DNA of 64,000 nt, taken from positions 116,622,001 to 116,686,000 of the forward strand of contig OX597814.1 in NCBI GenBank assembly GCA_951406725.2. Reading direction: 5' to 3'. This DNA is from Octopus vulgaris (taxonomy: Eukaryota). A model generated the notes under the pieces. The model had not been told where the DNA came from, made no database searches, and worked only from the letters and a program-made list of their open reading frames with translations. The position numbers and the translations under genes were made by a program. Position 1 is the first letter of the stretch, and each line of letters starts with the position of its first letter. Below are positions 37,673 to 51,861 of this stretch, in pieces.

Positions 37673-37779
37673 AATACACACACACTCACACACACACATA
37701 TATATATATGTATATATGTGTGTGTGTATGTGTGTGTGTATGTGTGTGTGTGTATGTATGTATATATATATATATATTC

Positions 37780-37817
<38 letters not shown>

Positions 37818-38730
37818 ATACACATATTGTAGACACACCTGCATATTGGTTTGAGGCTGTAAGCTTGTGTGTGAGTATTGCACACTTACAATATTAGCAT
37901 CATAGTGATATTTAGATTCTGATGTAGAGAGATAATGCTACCAAAAATCAATAACAACGCCATTCCACAAACGTGTGATATCGTGTGTATATATGATGCG
38001 CGATATACGCATCGATAACATCACATTTTTTAATAAAATCTATATATATATAGATTTTATTAAAATATATATATATATATATATATAAATACAAAATGCT
38101 AATACAATCCTTTGGGAAAATAAAACCCCTCCGATAATTCTTAGGTTTCCAGCAAAAACTGGATATCTGAAAATATCTCTCCAAATACTGAAAAATTAGA
38201 ATGTAGATAAATAATTGGCAGAATATGTCTAGGTTATGAAAAGAGCAATTGAAAATCAAGAATACCAAAATATATGTCTTGAATAAAAATTGAAAAATTT
38301 GAAATAAATATTTTAGCATTTTGTGTCAGCATAGCGATATCCACAATCAATTGACTGAATTCACCAAACACAGATCTTTGGAGTAAAGAACTAGGCTAGT
38401 ACTTAGAGTTTGAATGTAGATTCTCAGGGTTTTTTGTTTAGTAGACATTGGATTTTAACTTTCAACAGGGACATGTATAGACGAGGGTGCTTAGCGCTCA
38501 CCACTTGAGAATTGTTCATTTCCAATTTCCTGAAACTGTGATACTTGATAAGTCTGTGACGTCTAGGAGAATATTCCCTCACATCGATCTATTGCAAGAT
38601 ATATCCATAATGAAGTTTTTGTCTTTTTTTAACAATGGCTAGTTTGTTGTGAAATTGTAGAAATATATAATGAATGCTTAAGTTTACACAAGTAAAAAGA
38701 CGCACATATGCACACATATAACAACATACG

Positions 38731-38784
<54 letters not shown>

Positions 38785-38791
38785 CATATAT

Positions 38792-38824
<33 letters not shown>

Positions 38825-38888
38825 GAAGTAACAGAATGAGATAAATATCCAAGGCTGTGAAAGAGTTCAGAACATTTATAAAGAGAAA

Positions 38889-38936
38889 GTCTTACAGCTG
38901 TTTCCGGAATATTTTATATATCCCTTAATCAGAGAC
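38889..38936 (-). ncRNA. Minimal type I hammerhead motif (one core substitution) in a pLTR-like fragment ending in (TA)n
   Basis: Minus strand gtct-CTGATTA-agggatat-ataaa-atattccg-GAAAC-agct-GTA-agac: perfect 4-bp stem I, palindromic stem III. Confidence 0.75.
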
Positions 38937-39164
38937 GGTGCGAGACAATGGCTAAGTTATTCTGGAGAAGATATGAAATACAGAAGTTATGTTGGGTAGT
39001 TTGTCGCCATTTCATATTTCAATTTTGCGCATTCGCATGGCTTGTTTTTAACTTTTTCGACTACGTAGTATAGTAGGGTCACTTGTGTATCCTCTGTGAG
39101 AAACTACATACTTTACTGTTTGGCATTCGTGCCGGAATCTCCAATACGAACATTTCAGAGTGTT

Positions 39165-39791
39165 TCGGTATCAATGTGAGGACAAAGCCAAACATTCAGT
39201 CAACATCAAAGTGTTTGGAGTGATCACTAGTAATGGCGACGATATGCCTCCATCTTTTCACATGGCCTTAGACTCAACAGGGAGACCTACATCAAGTGTC
39301 TGGAGGAGGTAGTGCTGCCCTGGGTCAAGAGAGTGGCTGCTAGAAGAACCTGTATCTGGCAACAGGACTCTGCAACATGCCATACAAGCAGAAGAACCCA
39401 GTCATGGGTGTCAGACAGTTTCTACGACCACATCGCCTCCAGCATTTGGCCACTTAACTCCTAAGACTGCTACCCCCTTGATTATTTTGTATGGGGCGCA
39501 GTTGAGCGAGAGACGAACAAAACACCTTGTAATACCAAAGATGAACTGAAGGCAAGGATTATGGCAGCATTCACCAACTTAAACAAAGAGACTGTCCAGA
39601 ATTGTTGCAGGCGATTCCGAAGTCGTCTGGAGGCTGTAGTTGAAGGTAATGGCGATTTTATTGAATAAATTTACTCTTTAGTATTTCAAGATATTTTTAT
39701 GTAATTTTAGTAAACATATCTGTTAAAATGAGATGTCAGTGTTATTTTCATTTTTGCGTAATTCAGACGACAGTTTATTCACTGCACCCTG
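39165..39791 (+). mobile_element. maT (DD37D) transposon, 3' half
   Basis: VFGVITSNG..YIKCLEEVVLPW..IWQQD-(37 aa)-DYFVWG..CRRFRSRLEAVVEGNGDFIE*; terminus gcaccctg|ta. Confidence 0.9.
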
Positions 39792-39794
39792 TAA

Positions 39795-39837
<43 letters not shown>

Positions 39838-39838
<1 letters not shown>

Positions 39839-40231
39839 TAGCAGTATCGCCCGGCGTTGTTCGGGTTTGTAAGCGAAATAACTATATAAGCATTTTTAGA
39901 GATGTAAAGTATAATAGCCATCACAATATGGCTAACCACAAAGGGGGGTGTTACTGTAGCTTTTTACGTTCTGAGATTTAATAATAAATTTTTAGAGAGT
40001 TACTTCCCTTATATATGCCAAAAATGCATTAAAAATGGGAAAAATTGATGGTAATTTTTTTTTAAATCGTAGACTCATCGTAGACGCGCGCTAATACCCA
40101 GAAGGGCTCGATATGAATCACGACTATAAGATACCCAGTTTTGGTTAAACTGCACTGCAAAATGTGGGAGTAGTTAGGAATCTAAATCGTAGGAGACAGA
40201 CAGCACACAACCTCACTTTTATATATAAAGA
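39838..40231 (-). mobile_element. Non-autonomous Helitron
   Basis: Minus strand starts A|TCtttatatataaaa and ends with hairpin cccgaacaacgccggg then CTAG|T; A-T insertion site, no TSD. Confidence 0.88.
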
Positions 40232-41299
40232 TATATGTGTGTGTGTGTGTGTGTATTCTAGAAGCTTAATTGAGCCCGTAAGAAAGCTATTTACTGTATT
40301 TTGTGATGAAGATATTTCTCACTGTAGACACATAGGTCTAAAAAGGCCGGTCAACATACACTTAATTTAATTTCGATTGAAGAGACTGCTGGCTGAAATT
40401 CAATAATTTATAGATTTTTACTCTGATGAAAGTATTGAGTAATTCTACAGTTGAATGTAAAATTGATTTCATTATAGAATACAGCAAACATGATTATATA
40501 TTCAAATATGAATTAGAATAAGCATTAACGTTGTAAATATTATTGGACAGACACTTTGTTCGGTGGTAGCCTGCGATTGAACGCGGTGGGGGATAACTCT
40601 CTGAAAGCGCCGTGTGCTGAAACAGCTGAAAGTGATAGACAAGTGAGACAACTCGCAGGATCCATTCATATGCAATGAACATTGGTGCTTCGACATTTTT
40701 GAATTGTTGAATTTATTCCTACGTATGCACCGTCCAGACGTACAAACAGGTGGTTTTTGCACCATTTTATATATAGTCATAGACAGGCTGTTCAATCTGC
40801 CTTCAGTTCGGTTCAGGTATGTGAGGTTGATAAGTCACAAAACCGGTTAAATATCGGCCTTTATCGCTCCTGAATGGGGCACGGGTCGAGTTGTCACGAT
40901 TGTCTATGACATTCAATGTGTTTTAACAGCCGGCACTTTCAGAGTCATCTCTGCGTCAAATCGTAGCCTACTAGCGAACACGTTCGGCACATATATTGAG
41001 TAGGTTTGATAATTATTATATGTGTGTTTGGGTGTCAAAAAGTTCAGTCTGGAAAGAAATTGGGCGCTTCTAGTAAATTGCATTTCTGTAGTATTCCTCT
41101 GATAAATAGTTGGTGTCATCTTAAACTAATGTCACATGACATTAAAGAGGTTGTAGTCCCTTAGGAAAGCTATGTGAAAACTCATCAAAATTTGTCAATA
41201 CATCGTCCATTTTGCTGAGGCTGCTTTCAAATGATTTTCTGTCATTTGGGGTATGAAGTACGTATTACCATTTTGATTTGTTTAATATGTAATGTGTCA

Positions 41300-41543
41300 T
41301 TTCGCCCGCTAACGTTTCTTATTTCTTTATTGCCCACAACGGGCTAAACATAGAGCGGACAAACAAGGACAGATACAGGGATTAAGTCGATTACATCGAC
41401 CCAGTGCGTAACTGGTACTTAATTTATCGACCCCGAAAGGATGAAAGGCAAAGTCGACCTCGGCGGAATTTGAACTCAGAACGTAAGGGCAGACGAAATA
41501 CCGCTAAGCATTTTTCCCGGCGTGCTAACGCTTCTGCCAGTTC
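41300..41543 (-). mobile_element. SINE family A (tail-B unit followed by a partial next head)
   Basis: Junction aaagaaataagaaacgttagc on minus, same type as in 13351-14144. Confidence 0.88.
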
Positions 41544-42154
41544 GTTTGGGTTTAGAATATGTTATTTTGTTATAAGTATTTGTATTTCTTACATAACTAC
41601 GACGCATAAACATGTTTGCTTTCATTCATTCTGTACTTAATTGTATGCTATTAAACTATAGTTTGGAGCGTGAAAAACACTTACAAGTTTCCGCTTATTA
41701 TTACAGATATCATTGCTGCCTTTTATTTTTGTAAATTTTTCATCTGTAGCGGGTGATGTAGAGTGGTATATCATATATTTTGGCCTCCTGCTATAGAATT
41801 CTATTTGAAAACAGATGACTTTGAGAAAGTTCCATACACGATGTTGCGTATAGATTATTATCAAGATAGCAGCGCTTATGAATTTCTAAGCAGGAGTTGT
41901 TCTTGATATTCCAGCTTAGATATTGTGACATAAATATAAAAGTGGCGACTTTTCCTATTTTCATAGATTATACAAGGATATTTAGAAACATAATTTCATG
42001 TTTTCATGTACGTTTCATATTTTAGTCTTTTCCGATATATGTGTAGCGTCAGTAAAGTTTCAACAATATCTGTCAGTCAACAATGTTACCCTTATCTGCT
42101 TTGGAAGCTATATGTATATAAATATATATACAGACATTTATTAATATATATTTA

Positions 42155-42495
42155 CGTGCTTCAGTCATTAAACTGTGGCCATGCTGGGGCACAGTCTTGA
42201 GGAATTTTAGTCGAAATAATCAACCCCAATACTGTTTTTAAGCCTGGTACTTACTCTGTAGGTCTCCTTCACCGAACTACCGTTTAAGGGAAGGTGAGCA
42301 TGCCGACCCCCCCCACACACATACTTATATATATTTACAAACTGCGGGCTTCTTTCAGTTACGTCTCCCACATCTACTGATAAGGATTTAGTCGGCTCGA
42401 GTCTAAGGTAGCGTACACTTTTGCAAGGTGCCACAGAATAGGCACGAACTCTGAGGCATCAGGTTAGGAAATAAGCTTCTTACAACACAGTGACA
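42155..42495 (-). mobile_element. SINE family B, degraded
   Basis: ttcagtcatt..tggccatgctggggcac, gggcttctttcagtt, caaggtgccac. Confidence 0.7.
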
Positions 42496-42514
42496 CTAGG
42501 GCCTTCTTATTTGT

Positions 42515-42842
42515 AGGCGCTGGTGTGGTTCCATGGTAAGAAGCTTACTTCCCATCCACGTGGTTCCGGGATCAGTCCCATTGTGTGAAAAGTTGGTCAA
42601 GTGTCTTCTACTATAGACTCGGATCGACCAAAGCCTTGCGAGTAGATTTAGTAGATGGAAACAGAAGGAAGCTCATCGTGCGTACACCCCCCCACACACA
42701 CATACGTATGTGTGTGTGTGTTTACAGACATAAATATAGGTGTGTATTTGTTGGTGTTTATGCGGCCTCCGTAACATTGCGGTTCGGCAAGAAAATTCGA
42801 GAGAATATTTACCAGGCTTCATAAAAACGTGATGGGGTCGAT
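42515..42842 (+). mobile_element. SINE family B, degraded
   Basis: ggcgctggtgtgg..ggtaagaagcttacttccc..caagtgtcttctactatag..ccaaagccttg. Confidence 0.75.
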
Positions 42843-43119
42843 AAATATGTGCGTGTGCATGCATGCGCGTGTGCGGTGTGTATACGTGTGTGTGTTTGAG
42901 TATGTGTGAGTATTTGATTGTGTGTATGTGTGTGTGTATTTGTGAGTATGTGTGAGTATTTAATTGTGTGTATGTGTGTGTGTCTGTGTGTATGTGTGTG
43001 TGTATTTGTGTTTATGTGTGTGTGTGTGTGTGTGTGCCTCTCTTCCTGCCTGTGTGTGTGCGGTTGCTAGATACAATGGAGGTCGCTCGCTTTTTTCCGT
43101 ACATTTTCAACCTTCATCA

Positions 43120-44000
43120 ACAATTTCCACATATCAGTCAGCAATATATTCTTCTTCTCCACAGCCTCTAAACGTTTCGTAAATTTGCCTATGTTATGAT
43201 AGCAGGAACCATCGGGACTTGACTCGAAGTATTCAACAAGGAATGTTCTCGGAGAGCGACCGAAAAGATTGATATTTTGAAGTCGATTCATAAAAAGAAT
43301 GCACTGGGTGCGGAGAAATTTTCCAAGAGAGCTCTTGAGTAGAATGAAACAAGCGACATCAAGCTGAAGAAGCAATTTCGAATCTTTTCAGTTGAATTGC
43401 CCAAAGTAAATTGTTGTTTTCAATCCTTTTTTTTGTAGTGAATTAGGCGTTCCTAATCCCACCAAACAAACCATTGTTTCACTTCGATGCAACGTTGACA
43501 TGGGTCAAGATGTTCGTTCACATTGATGTAAATCGTTTTTAATTACTGGTGACGATGCAATATAGAAATATGTGTTGGTGTCAAGGTAGCAAACTGGCAC
43601 CAATAGAGGAGAGCTGGAATGTGTATCTTCGATTCAGAGCGTGTGGCTTCTTACACCAAGGTTTTGGAACTCACTCATCGGATGAATGTGATGGGTGACA
43701 CTATCATATGAACATCGTCTTTGCAGGGTCAGTTCCTTAGTGGATTGAATAAAATCATCGTAAATGAACTTTTATTGAACTGAAGAAGTCGGTGACAACA
43801 AACGGAGAGGCTGTGAGGTCAAATATGCCACCCTTTAAAATTTAAACTATTTCAATGAACTTCGTTCGGTAATAGCGCCTTTTCTGTAAACAGTGCAAAA
43901 GGATTTGGCATCTTTTGAACCTTTATCGAAAACGAAGAGAAGCAGGTGTTGAAAATTCCTTTTTATTTCTAGTTTACAGTTCATCGTCATTTATCTGAAA
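43120..44000 (-). mobile_element. Very degraded mariner transposase
   Basis: Minus strand QHLLLFVFDKG..CTVY.KGAITERS, VWWD*ERLIHY, EYFESSPDG..IGKFTKRLEAV. Confidence 0.7.
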
Positions 44001-44324
44001 GAGACAAAATGTATTTTAATTTCAGAAACGGTAAACAAAATGTGTAGAGGGAGAAGGGAGCTCACAAAAAAATATCAAAACAAAAAACACTACAATAAAA
44101 ATATTTTTCATGTTAATTCAATTGCCATTGGAAGGGAAGCCAAAAAAGCACCCAACACACACGCACACACAAACACACACGCTTTCATATACAGTAAAGC
44201 GTGGGTTTTTGAACAACCCTGATCACAAATAAATGATACTTTGACGTCTGTCTTTCTAATGTTCATTTAATACAGTAGTACTTCGGTTAACTATAGCCTC
44301 TGAACACGAATGAATCGTGGTTTA

Positions 44325-44399
<75 letters not shown>

Positions 44400-44522
44400 A
44401 TATCCGTCTATCTATCTCTCTCTCTCTATATATATATATATTTCTACGTGTGCATATACGCGTGCACACAGACATACTCACATATCTGTGTGTGCGTGTC
44501 TGTATATGTATATGCATATATA

Positions 44523-44581
<59 letters not shown>

Positions 44582-44601
44582 ATATACATGTATGTATGTA
44601 T

Positions 44602-44637
<36 letters not shown>

Positions 44638-45911
44638 GTATGTAACTTGGTATATATCTTTATTGATTCACCAGAAGCGATAATTTGCGGGAGACTCAAC
44701 AAAAACGCAGATTATTCTGTAATACATTATATCCGAAAGGCTCCACTTTCCAATTCCCAGAAAGCTAGTTTCTGATCACCAGATGGTGTTTTCTTTTGGA
44801 TATCCATTGTTTCAATATTTTTTTGAAACATGAGATGGAAGTGTGAAGAAAACGCTTATTCTTGTGTTCCTTTGTTGAAAAACATTTGCGCTTGATAGTA
44901 GAAATCTAACGATATAACTGTACTACGATTCTAACTCGAAACGTTTAAGGTCTAAACTCACAGAGTAGACTAGACGATAGTAATATTATTCTGTGTCAAC
45001 TGAACTGATATATTTTCGATATTATAGATGAAATAACAAACCGAGAATCGATGTCCAAATCAATATTACTTATAAGACCCAATAAAACGCCAAGCAAAAC
45101 ATTTGATGTCCATTCAGAAGATAAAAAAATAATTACCATATTGCTACGCTGAACTCTACTATTTGGGTTGGGATTGATTGTAAAAAGATTTCTATCTTTA
45201 AAAACTTCCTTCTAATAGTTCTTTTGTTGACGTATCGTTACAAAATGGCACGCCAACAATTTGTTATAAATAACTCTATGGTAAATCTGATTTATGTCAC
45301 ATCCATTTGTTATTTAACATATGATATATAACGATTTCCATCCAAAAATAACTGTCTGAGACTTTGTTCTCAACATCATTTACGATTTGATACTGTGGCT
45401 CCGATCTTTTGATTCAAACGAGCACACAATTGTAAAACATGACAACACGTTCGACACAATGATATTTAGTTTTGTTATCATTTTATATTGCCGTTGTTAT
45501 TTTTCTGGAAATCAATCAAGCATATAAAAGACTGACCTTGTAATGCATATACTTCGAACACTGCCAAAATAACTGAAAGATCAATGAATAACCTTTGTAT
45601 TCATCGAATCAATCGAGAATCGAAACTATATGTAGCTAGAGGCACGATTCAAACAATACATCACAATCCTCATATAATTAAATATAAGATGCATCAATTG
45701 ATGTATTTGAAAAGAAAGTTATGCGAGATTCCTTTACTGTTGCTATGGAAAATGAAGTTGATACTGCAAATGAAAAACATAATCTATTTAATGTTTTGGA
45801 TAGGCTATTTCAAAAAGTAGAAATTGTGAACCGTCGTAGATAAACAAATATATGAATAGTTTTTACATTTTTACATATACTTCTATTGTGTGCAATATTG
45901 ATCAATACAAA

Positions 45912-45976
45912 ATCTTGTGTACAGACATAAAGATTTATACTGTCACACACAAAAATACACATACGCACATGGCCAT

Positions 45977-46007
<31 letters not shown>

Positions 46008-46315
46008 CATACATACATACCTGAATATATGCGTGTGTAGGTATATGCATGTGTGTTTCATGTGTGTGTACAATAAATCTGTATATATATATATGTATGC
46101 ATGTATGTATGTATACACAGATCACGTACATGTATGTATGTGTGCATATGTGTACATGTTTGTATGTATATATTTTTTATTTATTGTACACACACGCATA
46201 CACATGCACATACATACACACGCATATAATCAAATATTTATATATGTATATGGGCATGTGGGTATGTGTAATTTTGTGTGTTTCAGCATAAATCTATATG
46301 TCTGTACACAAGATG

Positions 46316-46317
<2 letters not shown>
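45912..46317. repeat. About 405-bp imperfect palindrome (foldback)
   Basis: atcttgtgtacagacataaagatttatactg..cacatggccatatac mirrors gtatatgggcatgtg..cagcataaatctatatgtctgtacacaagat; inner blocks also mirror. Confidence 0.85.
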
Positions 46318-46375
<58 letters not shown>

Positions 46376-46531
46376 TTTTGTATGTATGTGATATAACTTT
46401 ATGGAAATGGAACCATATTTCTACATGTTAGTGTAGGTAACTACACGCACAGATATATAAGGCTACAAACATATACATACATACACACACATACACACAC
46501 ACGTATATGTGCGTGTGTGTGTTTGTGCATA

Positions 46532-46585
<54 letters not shown>

Positions 46586-46602
46586 TAGATAGATAGATAG
46601 AT

Positions 46603-46641
<39 letters not shown>

Positions 46642-47289
46642 GATAGATAAATATACAGATAGATAGATGGATAGATATGAATAATATATGAAATTAAATG
46701 CAAACACAAATGCTGACATTCGTGATTAAATAATAAAATAGAAATTATGAAAGTATGAATCTAACAGGATATATATATTTATATGTACATATAGATATAT
46801 AAATAATAAATATAAATGCATATATACATACCTATATGTACATATTTTCATCTATACGTATATGTATATATATATGGATAGGTGGGCACATGTCGTCGCG
46901 AAACGTGGACAAAAATACGAAGTACGAGTATATGGAATATGAACTATTTTTTCGAACAACAATAGACACAAATTGAAAACCAGACAAACAATAAAGAACG
47001 ACCCTTCATGAGCTGTTGGCTGTTTTTCTACTCTGTTATTTCGAGCATTTCACAACAAGATGCGCTTTTGATAAAATAGTTGCTCCCGCAAAGCAAAATA
47101 AACATAATTTGGGATTTTGTGGAGGGTCAAAATTGGTAACAAAAACAGGACAGTGAAAACAAACAGGAGTGTCTTATAAGCCTAAACGAGGTTTTGGTGG
47201 CGAACGCGTAAGTCAAGCTCGGACAGGAGACAGACAAGAACACGTGTTCCTTGATCCAGCTAAAACGGTGAGAAAGAAAGAAACATAAT

Positions 47290-48445
47290 GCGATGGGTAT
47301 GAGAATGGCCTCCCCCACATATTTGCTAATCTAGTCATGAGATATCTAGAATTTGTCTTTATCGTAAGGTAGTAGGAAAAAAACGGCGGACCTTTCTCTC
47401 TCTACATAGAAAATAACTGGGAGAAATACCTAGATGACTGTTTCATTTTTTGGCATGAAAATATAGAGAGGCTTAAATGATTCCAAGCACTTATAAATGG
47501 ACTTGACATGAACATTTAATTTAGGATGGAATATAGCCGTCCCCATTAAGAAACCTAACTACGTAATAGAAACAGATATATACTATAAGCACACGGACTC
47601 CAAGCAATATCTACCGTTTAACTCATGGCCACCCGAGACACACCAGAATGAATATACCATTCAACCTAGTAAAAAGGATATTTACTATAGTTTCTAGTGC
47701 AAACACCAGAGGCACACGACTACATGAACTAAAGGATACACTCATCACCAGGAACTACTCCGCTTCACTAATTGACATATGCATTCAATGTGCCCTTCAA
47801 CTCAACATCCACGAACTCAGACATCTCAAATTAAAGAAGGATTTAGAATAAAAAGCCCTACCATAATCTCCACACACAACCCTCTTAACAATGAAGCCCT
47901 CGACACCATCCTTCAAAACATTCCCCTACTAAAAAAGAACCATAGAATGAACTTAATCCTCCAAATACACACCAAAATAAAAAGCAAGAGACAGCCCAAA
48001 TCTATGAAAAGTCTCCTAACATGAACCCAAATACTCTCAAAAATGACACTGAATTCGTCATCAAAAAATGCGGAAGACACAGCTGTGGCATATGTGTCAA
48101 AATAATTGAGGGATCAGAGTTCTGCATCAAACAGGGACAACGTTTCACTGTGAAAAGCAACTTCATATGTGCTTCGGAGAACATGATATATACACTAAAC
48201 TCTTCTGGGTGTCAAGAGCAATATATATACCAAAAAAAAAAAAAAAATAGTCTATGTCAAAGGATGGCTCAGGACAGTTCTCAGATCAAAATTCCGAAAA
48301 ACAGAAAAATAGCATTCAGCCAACACATCGACATTTGTACCAATAACAAAAATCCCAGCTTCAGAATTTTCCCCTTTATCAATTCAGGGACGATACAACC
48401 TGTAGCAAACGAATTAGTAAACACATATCCACCACGACCTTAGAA
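47290..48445 (+). mobile_element. Penelope-like retroelement (Neptune-like), pseudogenised
   Basis: AMGMRMA..FANLVM.YLE, WEKYLDDCFIFW, IETDIYYKHTDSKQYLPFNS.HP.H..MNIPFNL, KCGRHSCGIC Cys motif, then C.SENMIYTL..SGCQEQYI (GIY-YIG); 46880-47280 upstream may be an inverted pLTR. Confidence 0.88.
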
Positions 48446-48457
48446 TAACGTACAAGC

Positions 48458-48920
48458 AAATATTAAAAGTGATACATTAAAAAGAGATACCCAAGAATTC
48501 ATTCAAAACAATCCCAATCACTACTATCTTCCACAACGAATCACTTTTTAGGCCACTTGACCTTTTAACATCCTACTGCTATCTTACCACGCCCGCATTC
48601 TTTTACTGTTCTTTCTCTTCTCTTCCTTCTCCTTTACCTCTTCTTTTTCTTCTCTTTCTCCTTGTCCGCCACCTCCTTCCTAACTTTATTACTACTACCG
48701 CTTAGAATGACACCCTCGCAAATATTAAAAACGATGCATTCAAAAGAGATACCTCAAGAATTCTTTAGAAACCGTTCCAATCCCTACTATCATCTACAAT
48801 GAGTCACTTTCAGGGCACTTGACCATTTAATATCCTACTACTATCATACAACTCCCGCATTCTTTTATTATTCATGCTGCTCTTCTTCTTCTCGGTCAAC
48901 CCCTCCTTTTAGTGCTACTG
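48458..48920 (+). repeat. Diverged tandem duplication, about 260-bp period, 3' of the Penelope-like ORF
   Basis: aaatattaaaa..gat.catt.aaaagagatacc.caagaattc..cacttgacc.tttaa.atcctact.ctatc at 48458 and 48720. Confidence 0.85.
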
Positions 48921-49194
48921 CTACATTAACAATCATACACAAGAATTCATAACTACGTCAAACTCACAAGAGTAAAAAGAAGTGAGACAAAGTCAAGCAT
49001 AAGCAAGGAAAATGCACATTGTATTTGAATACTATGGAAATAGAAAAAAATTCATTTAATTTTCCCACAGTTTAATTGTTTTCCATACTTAGAGTTGAAA
49101 TGTTATTTAATTATAAAATTATTCTGGCATTTTCTACCTTGACATATTTTCTTTATACATATGAACTCGTGTGTTGCGTTTCAACCTTCTAAAT

Positions 49195-49245
<51 letters not shown>

Positions 49246-49294
49246 TATAAGTATGTAGTTATATATATACATATATATCTATAGACATATACAG

Positions 49295-49328
<34 letters not shown>

Positions 49329-51861
49329 GTGTGTTTGTGTGTGTGTGTCTTCTGTCAAGAGTTTTCAGCAACATATCGTATCTGCAACTTAAAATCCGTT
49401 CGATATATTGCTTCCACTGTTCGGTTCGAAGATGTAGATACACTGTATGTGGGTGTTTATATATGTATGTATATATATATGTGCGTATGTATATATGTAA
49501 ATATATATACATATATGTATATATATGTGTGTATACATATCTATATGTACGTATATACGTATATATACCTGTGTGTGTGTGCAGGTATTCGTTTATGTAT
49601 GTATACATACATTTATTACACAGTAAATATTCGGTAGAAATGGCTGCTGTGTGTTCTTAACTGTAACGTGTCTGATAAATAAGTCTCAATATGACGTTTC
49701 TTTATTTCCATTTAAAAGTTCTCTTGGGCGGAATTTAAACAACCGTAGTCTTTGTTTTGTTTCACTTTGCTCTTTCTTAACTGTCCAAGTAAATTATCTT
49801 CTAAATATCGAAAGTGGCAAGTGTGGCATTAATTTCAATGTGTTTGTTAATGAAGTAGAAAATAGTAGCTTTTGCTATAGTTCGAAGCGTGGATTAACCT
49901 GGTGGAAATGTCTGGCGCCATTTGTCTTGAGAACTTAAATTTCCTAAACATCATTTTGAACGGATGACTGCAATTCAAAAATTAGTATGCATCGAGTAGA
50001 ATCACAGATTTTACAAACTTGTTGTGTTGCCTAAGAACGAACTGTGTTTTATTTATTCTGTACTTATATCAGGTAAGTCTTTACGAACTGATGCCAACAA
50101 CAGTGCCTGTATAGAAAAATTTTTGGAGATGGAGCTGATGTCTCGTTTGGAAGATAATCGACTGTCAGCTAGCAATAAATTTGTTATTAAGTCTTAAGAA
50201 TATTTTAGAACTTCTCTTCTTTGAAGGATTATATAGGGGATATACATGTATAAAAGATACCTAATGATATTTTACTAAGTTAAATGTTTGCACATATAGA
50301 TAATGTCTGTGTATACTCCTGTGTAGGGCCAATCAAACCGTAGTCATTTTGTCGTGTTCCGTCAGTTCGAGAACTATTGTATGTAAAAGCGTCCTTCTTT
50401 TATAAGCTATGTATCAGGTAGCTATGACTGCTGTGTCTAGTTAATCGATTCTGTTGAGAATGAAGTATAGTACCCATATTTAATACTGGGGTTAATGCGG
50501 CTGGTGTCCAATTGCAGAGTTCGTTCTTCCATACCTGCAGCAGAGAATGGAAGGGGATAGATATTCAATGAAATGAAATGTGCATCGGTGCACCTCATTA
50601 CATCACAGGTTTGCCGGTCATTATTTCGGGCAAGTATCATCTCTTAACCTTCTTCTACCCCTAGTGAATCTTGTGAATGACATTGGGTAGATATGAACTA
50701 TTTGGTAACTCTTGGAATAAATTTTTACGCGCGGCCACTTCACACTGTGTCGCATTTATTCAGTGTAAGAAATGTGTCTGTAGAATATTCAGTCACTTGT
50801 AAATAAAGTCATTAGTAAGTAGTACGGTCGGTCAAATAATTGAATTGACGTCGTTTATTCATTTAGTTACTGTTACTAAAGAGAGAAAACGGCGCGTCTG
50901 TAGGCTAGAGCCTGTTACGGAGCCAATACCAGTTATTCAAGTGATCTTTTTGGTATTTAGTCCTGTATGGTTGTATGTTTTAGTAACATTACTCTGCGCT
51001 TTGTATAAGTAATTTATTATTGGTATTATTTGAACACTTTAGTGTGTCACTCTTAGATTGTATGTTCTCTTGGAAAAAACTAATAGTGTGAATGCCGTTG
51101 CTCTTGCATGGTAAATATCTACCACAAGGGCGTGGGAACTTAAACAATTCCGGGTTAGTTTTCGGAGTACTCAAAGACTACTGGGTAGGAGGTACTTCTT
51201 AGCTTATCTCTACGAGAAACTGTGTCGACATATACATCGTCGGTATAAGTAGATGGTCAGCCTAGGAAAGGCAGGGAACCCGAGGAAAATCAATAGCAAT
51301 CATAACCCTTGCAGTCTGAGAGTGCCTGGAAAGAGTTGACGACTAAAGGACTCAACTCCGACAGGAAATCGAGGCGGAAGAGAACGTGGATCCTGCAAGG
51401 AAGTCGCAGTAAATAGGTTGAATATCAAACCCCGCCAAGAATGTTCATTCATTCTTGGAAAGTTCAGAAGAAATGTATGTTAAATATAGCAAAAAACTTA
51501 TGTTGTTTAGAAGTATAGAAAATTAATGTTTATAGAATACTTAAGTATAGAATATTTAAAAATAGAAATATTGCGCTGCATTGCAGAATGTCAGATAATG
51601 ATTAACATGTTGAGATGAACAAAATGCAGAAACCTGTAAAAAGGGATATTATTGATTTGTGGGTGGTTATTATTGATATACAGCATATTGCAATGGACGA
51701 TAAATAATACTGTTTTAAACATCGCAAACATGCATGATCAAAGCTGCATGTACTATTATTGACATCCAGAAAAAATATATTAAATACTGCCAACTTGAAA
51801 TAGAGTGTATTAAACAGCGTAATGGTAACTAACTTAATATTTTAGTAGCATAAAAAATATT

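Noticed and set aside
40576-40636. Hammerhead-like ctgaaag..gaaacagctgaa
   Set aside because: Core, cleavage triplet and stem I all deviate; too degenerate to call
47020-47075. Hammerhead in the putative inverted pLTR of the Neptune-like element
   Set aside because: Stems and GAAA are suggestive but the CTGANGA box is unrecognisable
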